Shown here: positions 23,471 to 33,797 of the stretch, piece after piece | Layout of the letters: the number at the start of each line of letters is the position of its first letter | Position numbering within the stretch: the first letter of the stretch is position 1 | From: an uncultured Haliangium sp. | GTDB lineage: Bacteria; Pseudomonadota; Gammaproteobacteria; GCA-001735895 | DNA: 61,952 nt | Direction of reading: 5' to 3' | Assembly (NCBI GenBank): GCA_964195735.1 | Contig: CAXMQY010000127.1 | Span: 1 to 61,952, forward strand | Translations under genes and position numbers: made by a program | The notes under the pieces: model-generated | Database searches by the model: none | What the model was told of the DNA's origin: nothing | Seen by the model: the letters and a program-made list of their open reading frames with translations, nothing else

Positions 23471-24774
23471 GACGGACTCCTCTGCAGCAACATCGCGCCG
23501 CCCTGACCACCGCCAATGCACAGCGAAGCGATCCCGGTGGCGGCATTTTTCTGTTCCAGCACCCTGGCCAGGTGCAACACGATTCGTGCACCGCTGGCGC
23601 CGACCGGATGGCCCAGGCTGACGCCGCCACCGTGAATATTGAGCCGATCGGCTGGAATTTCACCAACCGAGCTGCGCAACCCCAGTTGTTGTTTACAATA
23701 ATCCTTGTCATTCAGCGCTGCGAGCACGGCCAGCACCTGCGCCGCGAAGGCTTCGTTGATTTCCCAATAGTCAACATCGGTGACCTTGAGCCGCTGCGAT
23801 TTCAACAGCGGTGCGATTGAATGCGCTGGCCCGAGGCCCATCTCGGCCGGATCGAGCGCCGCCCATTCAGTCGAAACCAGCCGGGCCATGACCTTCAGGT
23901 CATGTTTTTCCACCGCGGCTTCGCTCGCGAGTATCAGCGCCGCAGCGCCATCGGTAATCTGTGCGCTGTTGCCGGGTGTCACCAGGCCGAAAGGCTTGTC
24001 GAAAGCAGGGCGCAGTTTGGCGAGTTTTTCCAGGCTGGAATCGGGTCGTACCCCGTCATCGTGGTCATAGACATTGCCCTGTGCGTCGTACAGCGGCACC
24101 ACCTCGCTCAACTCGTTGTTTTGCTGAGCCTGGTGCAGTTTCTGATGGCTTTCCAACGCAAACTGGTCCATTTGCTCACGCGTGATACCGAAACGGTAAG
24201 CGATCTGTTCGGCTGTTTGTCCCATGTTGAGTCCGACCACCGGATCGGTCAGCCCTTTGAGTAAAGCGATTACTGGTGCGAATAGTCCAGGTCTCAATTT
24301 CGTCAGCAGCTTGAATCGCTGTCCGATCGACTTCGCTGCCCACCAGTCGGCCAGCCAGCTCACCATTTTCGGGTGAAATAACAGCGGAGCCTGGCTCATC
24401 GCCTCGATACCACCCGCTAGCACCAGGTCGGAGCGCCCGCTTGCAATTGACATCGCCGCGTTGTCGAGTGCCTGCATGCCCGAGGCACAATTTCGCTGTA
24501 CCGTGTACGCCGGCATCGTATCGCCACAGCCGAGCCGCAGGGCAACGATACGCGCGATATTGGCCTCGTCCGGACCGGGCATGGTCGCACCGAAAATAAC
24601 CTCGTCAATTTCTGTCGCATCGAAGGGCATGCGTACCAGTAGCGCGCGCGCGGCGGCTATGCCGAGATCAGCGTGTTTGAAAGGCCCCGGTTTTCCGCGC
24701 GCCTTGATAAAAGGCGTGCGACTACCATCTACTAGGTAGACGGGCTTGGCGTATTTTTTTTTGGTGGCGGCCAT
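23467..24774 (-). CDS. fadI: Acetyl-CoA C-acyltransferase (thiolase)
   Basis: RNCASG, NEAFAAQ, GHPVGASG and CIGGGQG motifs; coupled to the FadJ-like gene. Confidence 0.85.
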   Translation of the reverse strand: MAATKKKYAKPVYLVDGSRTPFIKARGKPGPFKHADLGIAAARALLVRMPFDATEIDEVIFGATMPGPDEANIARIVALRLGCGDTMPAYTVQRNCASGMQALDNAAMSIASGRSDLVLAGGIEAMSQAPLLFHPKMVSWLADWWAAKSIGQRFKLLTKLRPGLFAPVIALLKGLTDPVVGLNMGQTAEQIAYRFGITREQMDQFALESHQKLHQAQQNNELSEVVPLYDAQGNVYDHDDGVRPDSSLEKLAKLRPAFDKPFGLVTPGNSAQITDGAAALILASEAAVEKHDLKVMARLVSTEWAALDPAEMGLGPAHSIAPLLKSQRLKVTDVDYWEINEAFAAQVLAVLAALNDKDYCKQQLGLRSSVGEIPADRLNIHGGGVSLGHPVGASGARIVLHLARVLEQKNAATGIASLCIGGGQGGAMLLQRSPS

Positions 24775-25492
24775 CTGCGATCTCGGAGTGAAGGATACTC
24801 AGTTTATAACTTAAAGCCGGAATCATAAACCATCATAAAGTAGTTTTGAAATGAAACCTTTGGTTCGTGTTAAACCGAAGTTCTGACACTAGACAGGAAA
24901 GAGGAAAAGAAGCGGCGACGATAATCTTTTATGGCTTTCCAGTGCCGATATATCTGATTAGGTAAGTAGGCGATGTCGCGAACGCCTTCATCATTCGTTT
25001 TGCACTAACCTTGAAATAACAACCCTGGCCTTGCCAGCCAACTCCTTATCCGTACCGAGCCCGGCAAAGGCGATTGCAAACTCGAATATCGATTTCCGGA
25101 GCTATGGCTATGCCTGTGTTAGCCGTGAAATAGACTGGCCATTCGCAGGCCCGGGTAACGCCATCCAATCACCAATCGTTTCGCGACCCGGTTTACGGTT
25201 TGCCCCTGGTTGTTCGACCACTAGCATAAAATCGCGAGTTTCTCCGGCGCCGATTTTCCCCTGTATCCACCGTAAAAGCTTTACATACCGCCGTTTTGAC
25301 CTATAGATACAAGTCTGATGCACAATCGATTGACCCAGTCACGATAACTGCCACAGACCGAACAGCGAATTCAATTTACAAGCAGAAGTGGATTGAAATT
25401 GACAGGCAGAAGTGTAGTGAGCGAGTTTCTGGATAGATACTGACAAACCGTCAGGACGATTCGGACCCGAGCGGGAGACAGAGGTTACAAAA

Positions 25493-26260
25493 TTGGAAGA
25501 GAAGGTTAAATTGAGCCACATCGGGCTTTCCGAACTGGAAGTCAGGGTACTTAAAAGCATTTTCACCCTGGCTCCGCAACTCAACGAAAACTACAGCCTG
25601 ATTTCTCCCGAGCTCATACACGCGGCAGATGTCATCCTGGTCAATGCCGACGACGCCGACATTCTGCGCAAGTGGCAAAGTATTACTGCGAACAACAAGC
25701 TGACCAGTTCATTGATGTTGACCGACCAGGGTGAATCGAAACTGGGCGATCTCACCATCCAGCGTCCGATCCGCGTACAGAAACTCGTTTCGGCCCTGGA
25801 AGACCTCGTGGCGCAAACCTGCATCGATCTCAGTGAGGCGGAGGCCGGCGCGGAATTTTGCATCATGGTTGTGGACGATAGCTTCCCGGTCAGAAAGTTC
25901 ATGAAACACAAGTTACACCAATTGATAAAAGCACCGATCAAGCTGCACCTCGCCGCCAGCGGTGAAGAGGCAATGCGCAAACTCGTGCGCATCGATTGCG
26001 ACATTATCTTTCTCGACGTGATGATGGAAGGCGTGGACGGTTACAAGGTTTGCAAAGCCATCAAGGCCAGTAGCGACACCTACGTCGTCATGCTGACCAG
26101 CAAGAAATCACCCTTTGACAAGGTGCGCGGCACCATGTCCGGTTGCGACGCCTATGTGACCAAGCCGCCCTCGGATGAAAAGCTGATCGAAGCCGTCAAT
26201 AAGTACGCGGCTCGTCATGAGGAATTTCAGGTCGATGTCGCAACCATGGGAGCGGGGTAG
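25493..26260 (+). CDS. PilG-like response regulator with an N-terminal pseudo-receiver domain
   Basis: C-terminal REC domain: VVDDS, FLDVMM, MLTSKKSPFDKVRG, YVTKP. TTG start with GAGG upstream. Confidence 0.8.
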   Translation: MEEKVKLSHIGLSELEVRVLKSIFTLAPQLNENYSLISPELIHAADVILVNADDADILRKWQSITANNKLTSSLMLTDQGESKLGDLTIQRPIRVQKLVSALEDLVAQTCIDLSEAEAGAEFCIMVVDDSFPVRKFMKHKLHQLIKAPIKLHLAASGEEAMRKLVRIDCDIIFLDVMMEGVDGYKVCKAIKASSDTYVVMLTSKKSPFDKVRGTMSGCDAYVTKPPSDEKLIEAVNKYAARHEEFQVDVATMGAG

Positions 26261-26331
26261 CGTCTTTATTTTTGAGCCAGATTCGAGAAAGCAACTATAA
26301 GTCTAAACAACAGCACCAGGGAGAAGAGACA

Positions 26332-26697
26332 ATGGCAGGCAAGAAAGTACTGGTAGTCGATGACACGGCTGCCCATTTGCAGCAGATGAAAGAGATTGTT
26401 TCCGACGCGGGTTACCAGGTTATTACGGCAACATCGGGAAGGGAAGCGGTCGAAAAAACCAGGAAGGAAAAACCCAGTATGGTGTTTCTCGACATCGTAA
26501 TGGATGACCTCGATGGTTACGGGGCCTGCAGGGAAATTACCCGGGATGATGAAACCAGCGGCATACCCGTTGTCTTTGTCAGCACCAAAAACCAGCGCGC
26601 TGACAGAATCTGGGCGGAAAAACAGGGTGCCAAGGCATTGCTGACGAAACCCGCCAATTCGGCTGAAATTGTCGACAGCCTGAAAATGTATACCTAG
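26332..26697 (+). CDS. PilH/CheY-like single-domain response regulator
   Basis: KKVLVVDD, FLDIVM, IPVVFVSTKNQRADRIWAEKQGA..LLTKP (PilH-like). ATG 26332 follows GGAGA. Confidence 0.88.
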   Translation: MAGKKVLVVDDTAAHLQQMKEIVSDAGYQVITATSGREAVEKTRKEKPSMVFLDIVMDDLDGYGACREITRDDETSGIPVVFVSTKNQRADRIWAEKQGAKALLTKPANSAEIVDSLKMYT

Positions 26698-26703
26698 ATA
26701 AAG

Positions 26704-27249
26704 TTGGAAATTCGAATTCAGAAGAGTGCAGATGCGATGCGACCAAGCGAAGCCCTGAACCGGGAATTTATTCTGGCTGACATACCACAGCCAGAACAAC
26801 AGGCCGGCGACGGGAAAACACGGGGAATTACCACCCATGCCGTTCTGGTAGGAAATATCGGATTGTTACTGCCGCGTAGAGAAGTAAGTGAACTGGTCGA
26901 AAATCAGGCGATCTGCCAGCTGCCGAATACATCGACATGGTTCAACGGCGTTACCAGCGTCCGCGGAAACATGATTCCCATTTTCGATTTGCACAGGCTG
27001 TTCGACATTGGTCACCAGGACAATCGTCGCAGGATGATTGTGGTTGGTGAGGCGGAGAAGGCTGTTGCCTTCTGGGTTGACGAGATGCCGCGCATGGTGT
27101 CCGTCAGTGAGGATGACGTCATGAGCAGTGCGCCGCCCATACCGTCATTGATCAAGGATCACTCCCAGCGATTTTTTTTAAAGGACAGTCAAATCTGGAT
27201 CGACTGGGACGTCAGGGCTTTCTTCATGGCCCTGGGTAATCTTATATAA
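26704..27249 (+). CDS. CheW family protein (PilI-like)
   Basis: LPNTSTWFNGVTSVRGNMIPIFDL CheW signature. Confidence 0.88.
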   Translation: MEIRIQKSADAMRPSEALNREFILADIPQPEQQAGDGKTRGITTHAVLVGNIGLLLPRREVSELVENQAICQLPNTSTWFNGVTSVRGNMIPIFDLHRLFDIGHQDNRRRMIVVGEAEKAVAFWVDEMPRMVSVSEDDVMSSAPPIPSLIKDHSQRFFLKDSQIWIDWDVRAFFMALGNLI

Positions 27250-27314
27250 AGCACGATCGCGGGCCTCGCAGCCGGCAAGCCCCTATCGGAAAACTTATCT
27301 GGAGTAGTAACGAG

Positions 27315-27890
27315 ATGTATAAAAGAATTCTATTGATACTTGTTCTGTTAGTCCCCGGCTTGCTGCAGGCTGAGGTCGAGTTGAGCCAGCAAGAAATTAA
27401 CGATCTGCTGGGAGTAAAAATTCGGTTTGCTACGCATATGGCATTCAACCCCAGTGTTATTCGCGCAGTCGCAGTACAAAACGACGAGACGGTCTCACTG
27501 GCCGAAATAAAGCAGCGTGACCAGGACTGGAAGAATGCCGACGGTAATCCGATCGCTCTTATTCGCGAAATCACCAGCAACGACGTGGCCAGATACTTCC
27601 AGCGCCGGGTTGAAAACAACGTTGCCATCGACGAAGTGTTCCTGACGGACAACCAGGGCGCCAATGTCGCTGCCTATCCGGCCACCAGTGACTACTGGCA
27701 GGGCGACGAAGACAAGTGGACCATGTCGTATAACGACGGTAATGGCGAGGTGTTTATCGGGCCACTGGAATACGACGACAGTACCCAAAAAACCCAGGTG
27801 CAAATCAGTGCGCCGATCATTTCCAACGATGAAACCATCGGCGTACTGGTGCTGGGTGTATCGGTCGATTACCTGGTCACCAGGCAGTAG
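27315..27890 (+). CDS. Secreted stand-alone Cache/PDC-like sensor domain protein
   Basis: Signal peptide MYKRILLILVLLVPGLLQA; EVFLTDNQGANVA..TSDYWQGDEDKW..QISAPI..IGVLVLGV resembles a Cache/PDC fold; GGAG RBS. Confidence 0.72.
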   Translation: MYKRILLILVLLVPGLLQAEVELSQQEINDLLGVKIRFATHMAFNPSVIRAVAVQNDETVSLAEIKQRDQDWKNADGNPIALIREITSNDVARYFQRRVENNVAIDEVFLTDNQGANVAAYPATSDYWQGDEDKWTMSYNDGNGEVFIGPLEYDDSTQKTQVQISAPIISNDETIGVLVLGVSVDYLVTRQ

Positions 27891-27986
27891 CTGAATGGTT
27901 CCAGGATGGAATCAATCACTTTTATGGGCAAACTGCGGCGCCAGATTTTAAGCTTTTGAAAACACTATTGATTCAGGAATACAGTT

Positions 27987-29789
27987 ATGTTTAGCAATAT
28001 CAGAATTGGTCGGCGCCTCATGATCCTTATCAGTGTACTGACACTGATCTTTGTCTCGACGGGTGCGGTAACACTGGTGGGTATGTCGGATATGTCAAAC
28101 GACACGTCTGAACTGAATGCGAAAACGGCGGAAGCTGCGGCCTTCGTAAAACTCGCTGGATCGGTTCGATTCCACCTGGTTGATGTCAGTCAGCAACTCG
28201 CCTCGGGCATACTGACCTGGCATGAAGCCATACAGCTTCTCGATGCCGGCGCCAGCGAGTTCGACACGCTGTGGGATCGACAAAGGGCACGGTATGCAGT
28301 CAGCCCTGATGACGTAGAATTCTTTACCGATGCTTTCGGTATCGAAGTCAGCCTGGTCAAGGAAGGATATGTCGACCTCATCAAGATTATCGAGGACGAG
28401 AACCGCGAACTGCTCTCACTATACCTGCGGAACGATGCGCGTGCATATTCAGAGCCATTCCTGAACGCTGCGGATGCCCTGTCCACACTGGGTTCGGTGG
28501 AAGCGCAATCCATTTACGACTCGAGCCAGTACTATGCCAATCTTTACCTGCTGGTGAGTGCCGTGGTGGTCATCTCCGGTCTGTTGATTGCAATCACACT
28601 GGGTCCGATGATCTTCGTTTCGATTACCTCGCCGATCAAGCGCATATCCGAAGTTGTAGGCAAGGTCGCCGATGGTGATCTCGAAGCGCGTACCGGGCTC
28701 GGAAGCCAGGACGAAATCGGGCAGCTGGGACAAGCGTTCGACAAAATGTTGAATGAACGTGTATCCACCATGTCCCAGGTGGAAGAGGAGAACGATAAGC
28801 TCAACAATTCAGTTATCGACCTGCTCGAGGCGGTATCGGACCTGAGTAATCGTGACCTTACCGTGAACGTACCCGTCGCGGAAGACGTAACCGGTCCGGT
28901 GGCCGACGCGATGAACATGATGGCCGCGGAAACCGCGCGTGTACTGGCCGAGATACGCAAAATCTCGCACCAGGTAGCGAGCGCCGCGTCTACTGTCGAG
29001 ACCCAGGGTGGCAAGATCAACCAGTTGGCGGACGACGAGCGACAAATCATTGAAGACACCATGGCAAAACTCGAAGAAGCGTCGAAAACCATGAATATCA
29101 TCGCCCGGCAGGCCAAGGCCAGTAACGAAATTGCCGAGCGCGCTTCCACCTCTACCCGGGAAGCACTGGAAATCGTATCGAGAACCGGTAGCGGCATGAA
29201 CGATATTCGCGAAACCATTTCCGAAACAGAAAAACGCATCAAGCGCCTGGGTGAACGTTCGCAAGAAATCAACGGTGTCGTGGAAATCATCAACAACATC
29301 GCGGAACGTACGCACATACTGGCGCTCAATGCTTCCATGCAGGCGGCCGCGGCCGGTGACGCGGGTCGAGGATTCGCGGTTGTTGCGGACGAGGTACAAC
29401 GCCTCGCCGAATCATCACGTGAATCAACCTCGGAAATCGCGGCACTGGTCAGCAACATCCAGGCCGAAACCGCGGAAACCATGGCGACGATGAACAAGGC
29501 GATAGAGCAGGTGGTCGAAGGTACCGAGCTGGCACAGGCCTCAGGTGTGCAAATGCAACTTACGCAGGAAACAACTGCTGAACTGGTAGCCGCGGTTGAA
29601 CAGATCGCGAAACGTTCGCTGATTCAGGCTCATGTTAGTAACAATCTTCGTGAACAGACCGAACAAGCACAAAAGAGCACTGAAGAAACCAACGTTGAGC
29701 TGAAGTTGCAGACCGCCCAAACCACTAACCTGGTTGAATTCTCCAGGCAGTTACTCGAGTCGGTTAACGTTTTCAAACTGCCCGCGTAA
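27987..29789 (+). CDS. Methyl-accepting chemotaxis protein (PilJ-like)
   Basis: Two TM helices, HAMP (DEIGQLGQAFDKM), signalling tip KRIKRLGERSQEI...LALNASMQAAAAGDAGRGFAVVADEVQRLAE. Confidence 0.93.
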   Translation: MFSNIRIGRRLMILISVLTLIFVSTGAVTLVGMSDMSNDTSELNAKTAEAAAFVKLAGSVRFHLVDVSQQLASGILTWHEAIQLLDAGASEFDTLWDRQRARYAVSPDDVEFFTDAFGIEVSLVKEGYVDLIKIIEDENRELLSLYLRNDARAYSEPFLNAADALSTLGSVEAQSIYDSSQYYANLYLLVSAVVVISGLLIAITLGPMIFVSITSPIKRISEVVGKVADGDLEARTGLGSQDEIGQLGQAFDKMLNERVSTMSQVEEENDKLNNSVIDLLEAVSDLSNRDLTVNVPVAEDVTGPVADAMNMMAAETARVLAEIRKISHQVASAASTVETQGGKINQLADDERQIIEDTMAKLEEASKTMNIIARQAKASNEIAERASTSTREALEIVSRTGSGMNDIRETISETEKRIKRLGERSQEINGVVEIINNIAERTHILALNASMQAAAAGDAGRGFAVVADEVQRLAESSRESTSEIAALVSNIQAETAETMATMNKAIEQVVEGTELAQASGVQMQLTQETTAELVAAVEQIAKRSLIQAHVSNNLREQTEQAQKSTEETNVELKLQTAQTTNLVEFSRQLLESVNVFKLPA

Positions 29790-29867
29790 GACAGCATGGT
29801 GTTTTATCCATTCTGCTGTATCGGGCGATCGCGTTATGTGTGAAATCTCGAACGGAATGTCACAATA

Positions 29868-32800
29868 ATGAGTGAAGTAGAAGCCACCGGTACCGAAGCC
29901 CTGCTGGGCCTGATAAGCATGGCCCTGGACGAGCTTTCGGATGCGGTCATGCTAAGTCAGGTTGAAGAACCGGTGGAGTTGCAGCAAATCTTCTGCAAGC
30001 ACATCGATAATTTGATCGAGGTATCCGAGCAGGCTGGACTTGTCGTCCTGAAAACAATTGCCGAGGGTATGATTATCGACCTGGCCTCAGCCGGAAGCGA
30101 TCTGGATCCGGAACGGGGAATGGATGTCATCGAGTGGCTTTCCAATATTCAGTTGCACCTGTCAATGCCCGACGACGAGGAAAACGTCGAATTGCTGTTA
30201 AGCCCACTGACTGAAGAAAGCCAGGCACTGGTCGCCATTGCCTTGCAGGAGCTTGCCAACAATGGTGGCACAATGGCGATCGGTGGTAGTGGAACTGCCG
30301 TCGATACGACTCCCGAAAGCAGTGTGATTCAAGTGCAGCAAGCTGGCGATATTGAAATCGACCTGGCGGAGTTTCCCGTCGCGAGTAGCGTCGATGAAAA
30401 TCTCGCGGAAAAGGAAGAATCCGGTGCCCTGGAAACAGTCACTTTCGAAGAAAACGAAACTGAATTTGATACCGACGATATTCTGGGGATGCTGGCGTCT
30501 GAACTGCATGAGGTCGCGCCACAGTTAAGTGAACTGGCATTGACCATATCCAACACTTCGAGCGACGAAACTCTGACCCAGGCTGTTGAAAGCTATAGCG
30601 AATTGGTCAGCCGGGTAGGTGCCGTATCGAAGGAGCTGGGGCTGGATGGCCTGATGCTTGTTTGTGATTTTATTCTGAACAATCTGTCGTTACTCGCCAG
30701 CCTGCCTGCCGGGGATCGAATTCTGCCGCTAGACGTGCTGCAAGGCTGGCCGAAAGTGGTTGTCGACCATCTGACCAGCCCGGACGACGACAGCCGCTGT
30801 ATCGCCGTAATCGATTTCCTGGAAAGGGATAGCTGGCCCGAGCCCCTGCCATATCCGGAAATGCGCGGTTTTATCGAAGGCCTGACCAAGGGCCTGGAAC
30901 TGAGTAGCGAATTCGAGGCCGAGCAGCGAGAAATCGAAGCAAGCGCGGACGATGTTTCACTTGAAATGTCGGCCGACGCCAGCCCCGAGTTGATCGATGC
31001 ATTCTTTGCCGAGTCGCCGTCACATGCGGAGAGTTTGTCACGACTGATTTCGGCCATTTCCCGTGGTGAAAAAGTCCAGGAAAACCTCGAAGCGGCGCAA
31101 CGAATCGCACATACCTTGAAAGGCTCCGGTAACCTGGTCGGCCTCAAGGGAATCGCCAATCTCTCGCACCACCTCGAGGATATTTTCGAATACATCGCCA
31201 AACATAAGATTAAACCTCCGCAGATGCTCGCAAACACCATGCAGGAGGTTGCCGATTGCATCGAGACCATGCTCGAATCGCTGCAGGGCATGGCCCCGCC
31301 CCCAGATGACGCGCAGCGCATCCTGCAGGAATTGCTCGACTGGGCCAATCGAATCGACAGCGGAAACCTGCGTGACGCGGATTTCAGCGACGAAGACGCC
31401 AATGCCGCCAACCAGGCGATTTCGGTTGAAGTAGATGAAACCGTCACCGAGGGGCGGATCGAACGACGTCAGAAACCGGATGGCGGGGAACTGGTAGCCG
31501 AGTCCCGTAACGAATCCATCAGGGTTCCGCTCAAGATACTGGACAACATATTCCGGGTAGTCAGTGAAACGGCCATTACCACGGGACAGATTCAGGAGCG
31601 ACTCAATCGCCTCGAGGACAGCGAAAAAATGATTCGCAAAAACGATAATAGCCTGCAGCAGATGCGCTATGAACTCGAAAACCTGGTCAGCATCCGCGGC
31701 ATGGCAGCGCGCCACCGCGGTTCCTCCGGAGACAACAACAAGGATTTTGACCCATTGGAAATGGATGAATACGACGAGTATTACGGTGCAACTCACTCCT
31801 ATATCGAGGGTGTCGCCGATTCGCGTGAGATTCTGCGTTCATTTACCAGTGAGGTCTATGAGCTGAATGCACTATTCCTGATGCAACAGCGCCTCAACAA
31901 GGAATTACAACAGGTTGTCATGACTACCCGAATGGTGCCCGTCAGCATGATATCTGCACGTTTGCAACGTGCGGTACGCCAGGCATGCCGGGCGACCGGA
32001 AAGCAGGCCGAGCTCACCATTGTGGGACAGGAACTGCTGTTGGACGGCGATGTATTGAACAAATTGGCGGACCCGTTGATGCACATGTTGCGCAACGCCG
32101 TCGATCACGGCATCGAAGGATCTGAAGTGCGCCTGGCCAGTGACAAACCGACCAGCGGCCAGATAACCTTGAGTTTCCGGCAGGAAGGGAACAACGTGCT
32201 TGTCCAGTGCAGCGACGATGGCGCGGGACTGAACTATGAGCGCATTCGCAAAACCGCGATAGATAAAGATCTGTTGGGTGAAAGCGAGTCGGTTGACAAC
32301 CCGGCACTGGCACGGATGATTCTGCAACCGGGCTTCTCAACCAGCAAAAATATAACCCAGATTTCGGGTCGAGGGGTTGGCATGGATGTCGTTCACAACA
32401 CGATTCAATCGTTAAATGGCGGCATGGATATCACAGACGCAACAGCAGGTGGAACACAGATTTCGCTGCGAGTGCCGATTACCCTGCTAACCAGTCACTG
32501 CCTGCTCGCGGGCGTTGGCAAGGATCGAATTTTTGCCATACCCACAATCTCGCTGACCCAGATCCTGTCACCCGGCACCGGTAAGATCGGCAAAGTAGGG
32601 GAGCGCCTGTCTTACCAACTGGGCAAAGAAGTCTACGATGCCTGCAGCCTGAATTCTCTGGTCGGAGTTGAGCAACAGAATGGCGGCGATGATATCGAAA
32701 ATTCCAGCGTACTACTGGTTCAGTCAGCTACCGGGATAACCGCAGTGACCGTGGACCGGGTGGTCACCAGCTATGACCTCGTGGTCAAGAACATGGGGGC

Positions 32801-33335
32801 CTACGTAAAGTCGATTACCGGCGTCGCCGGCGTATCCATGCTCGGTGACGGTACTGTGGTTACCGTTCTCGATCTGGCCTCATTGTTACAGGCGCGCAAT
32901 ACAGGTAGTGACGCATACCGGGCCGGCACTAACATGGCGCCGGCAGAAACAGGCGCTACAGCTTTGCCAAAGGTATTGATCGTCGACGATTCACTCAGCG
33001 TGCGTAGCTCTCTGTCCCAGTTGGTGAGCGACGGTGGTTATCGAGTCGTTACCGCAAGAGATGGATTGGAAGCGGTGAGCATGCTCGAAGTCGAAAATCC
33101 GGATATGGTGCTTACCGACCTGGAAATGCCGCGCATGAACGGGCTTGACCTGGCGAGTTACATTCGTCATTCGAATCAGTGGAGCCAATTGCCCATTGTC
33201 ATGATCACTTCCCGCACCATGGCAAAACATCGCGAACAGGCCAGCCAGGCTGGAATCAGCCAGTACATTACCAAGCCGTTTAGCGAAGACGATATATTGG
33301 CATCGATTGGCACCGAACTGGCAATGAGCTCCTGA
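29868..33335 (+). CDS. Hybrid CheA-type histidine kinase (ChpA/PilL-like: Hpt, HATPase, CheW, REC)
   Basis: AHTLKGSG (Hpt), HMLRNAVDHGIE, DDGAG, SGRGVGMDVV, a CheW domain and a C-terminal REC (IVDDS, TDLEMPRMNG, ITKP). Confidence 0.93.
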   Translation: MSEVEATGTEALLGLISMALDELSDAVMLSQVEEPVELQQIFCKHIDNLIEVSEQAGLVVLKTIAEGMIIDLASAGSDLDPERGMDVIEWLSNIQLHLSMPDDEENVELLLSPLTEESQALVAIALQELANNGGTMAIGGSGTAVDTTPESSVIQVQQAGDIEIDLAEFPVASSVDENLAEKEESGALETVTFEENETEFDTDDILGMLASELHEVAPQLSELALTISNTSSDETLTQAVESYSELVSRVGAVSKELGLDGLMLVCDFILNNLSLLASLPAGDRILPLDVLQGWPKVVVDHLTSPDDDSRCIAVIDFLERDSWPEPLPYPEMRGFIEGLTKGLELSSEFEAEQREIEASADDVSLEMSADASPELIDAFFAESPSHAESLSRLISAISRGEKVQENLEAAQRIAHTLKGSGNLVGLKGIANLSHHLEDIFEYIAKHKIKPPQMLANTMQEVADCIETMLESLQGMAPPPDDAQRILQELLDWANRIDSGNLRDADFSDEDANAANQAISVEVDETVTEGRIERRQKPDGGELVAESRNESIRVPLKILDNIFRVVSETAITTGQIQERLNRLEDSEKMIRKNDNSLQQMRYELENLVSIRGMAARHRGSSGDNNKDFDPLEMDEYDEYYGATHSYIEGVADSREILRSFTSEVYELNALFLMQQRLNKELQQVVMTTRMVPVSMISARLQRAVRQACRATGKQAELTIVGQELLLDGDVLNKLADPLMHMLRNAVDHGIEGSEVRLASDKPTSGQITLSFRQEGNNVLVQCSDDGAGLNYERIRKTAIDKDLLGESESVDNPALARMILQPGFSTSKNITQISGRGVGMDVVHNTIQSLNGGMDITDATAGGTQISLRVPITLLTSHCLLAGVGKDRIFAIPTISLTQILSPGTGKIGKVGERLSYQLGKEVYDACSLNSLVGVEQQNGGDDIENSSVLLVQSATGITAVTVDRVVTSYDLVVKNMGAYVKSITGVAGVSMLGDGTVVTVLDLASLLQARNTGSDAYRAGTNMAPAETGATALPKVLIVDDSLSVRSSLSQLVSDGGYRVVTARDGLEAVSMLEVENPDMVLTDLEMPRMNGLDLASYIRHSNQWSQLPIVMITSRTMAKHREQASQAGISQYITKPFSEDDILASIGTELAMSS

Positions 33336-33356
33336 TCAGGGGGCGAGAGATAAACC

Positions 33357-33797
33357 ATGGCGGCAACTAACCTGGCTGTAATCAGTTTTGACGGAGTTCA
33401 CCTGTTGTTGCCGCAGCGAGCTGTAGCTACTGTCGAAATGACCAGCAGCATTATCAGTAATGATATCCATGGAGAATCGATAGGGCAGTTGAAAACGACT
33501 TCGGGTGAGTGGCCGGCATACGCGCTTCAGGCTGATTTCAATGCCTGCACACAGTGTCCAGCTCGATATCGCTACTGTGTCGCAATCAACCAGGATAACC
33601 AGGAAGCCTTTTCCATTGCCTGCGAAGAAGTCAGCTCGATTACCATAGAGAATGAAGATGAACTCAGGCCCTTGCAAACCTGCATGCGTGCTCCGGATAG
33701 TCCGATTGAAGCTGTGATGCTTAAGGGCAACAAGTTGATGCTAGTCAGCAATGTCGAAACCATGCAACGGTTTCTGTCACGGAGGGCCGCGGCGTGA
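33357..33797 (+). CDS. CheW-like protein (ChpC-like)
   Basis: LLLPQRAVATVE start and position directly after the hybrid CheA. Confidence 0.6.
   Translation: MAATNLAVISFDGVHLLLPQRAVATVEMTSSIISNDIHGESIGQLKTTSGEWPAYALQADFNACTQCPARYRYCVAINQDNQEAFSIACEEVSSITIENEDELRPLQTCMRAPDSPIEAVMLKGNKLMLVSNVETMQRFLSRRAAA

Noticed and set aside
24921-24951. Sigma-28-like -10 element GCCGATAT
   Set aside because: No TAAA -35 element at the correct spacing, and it is over 500 bp from the next gene.
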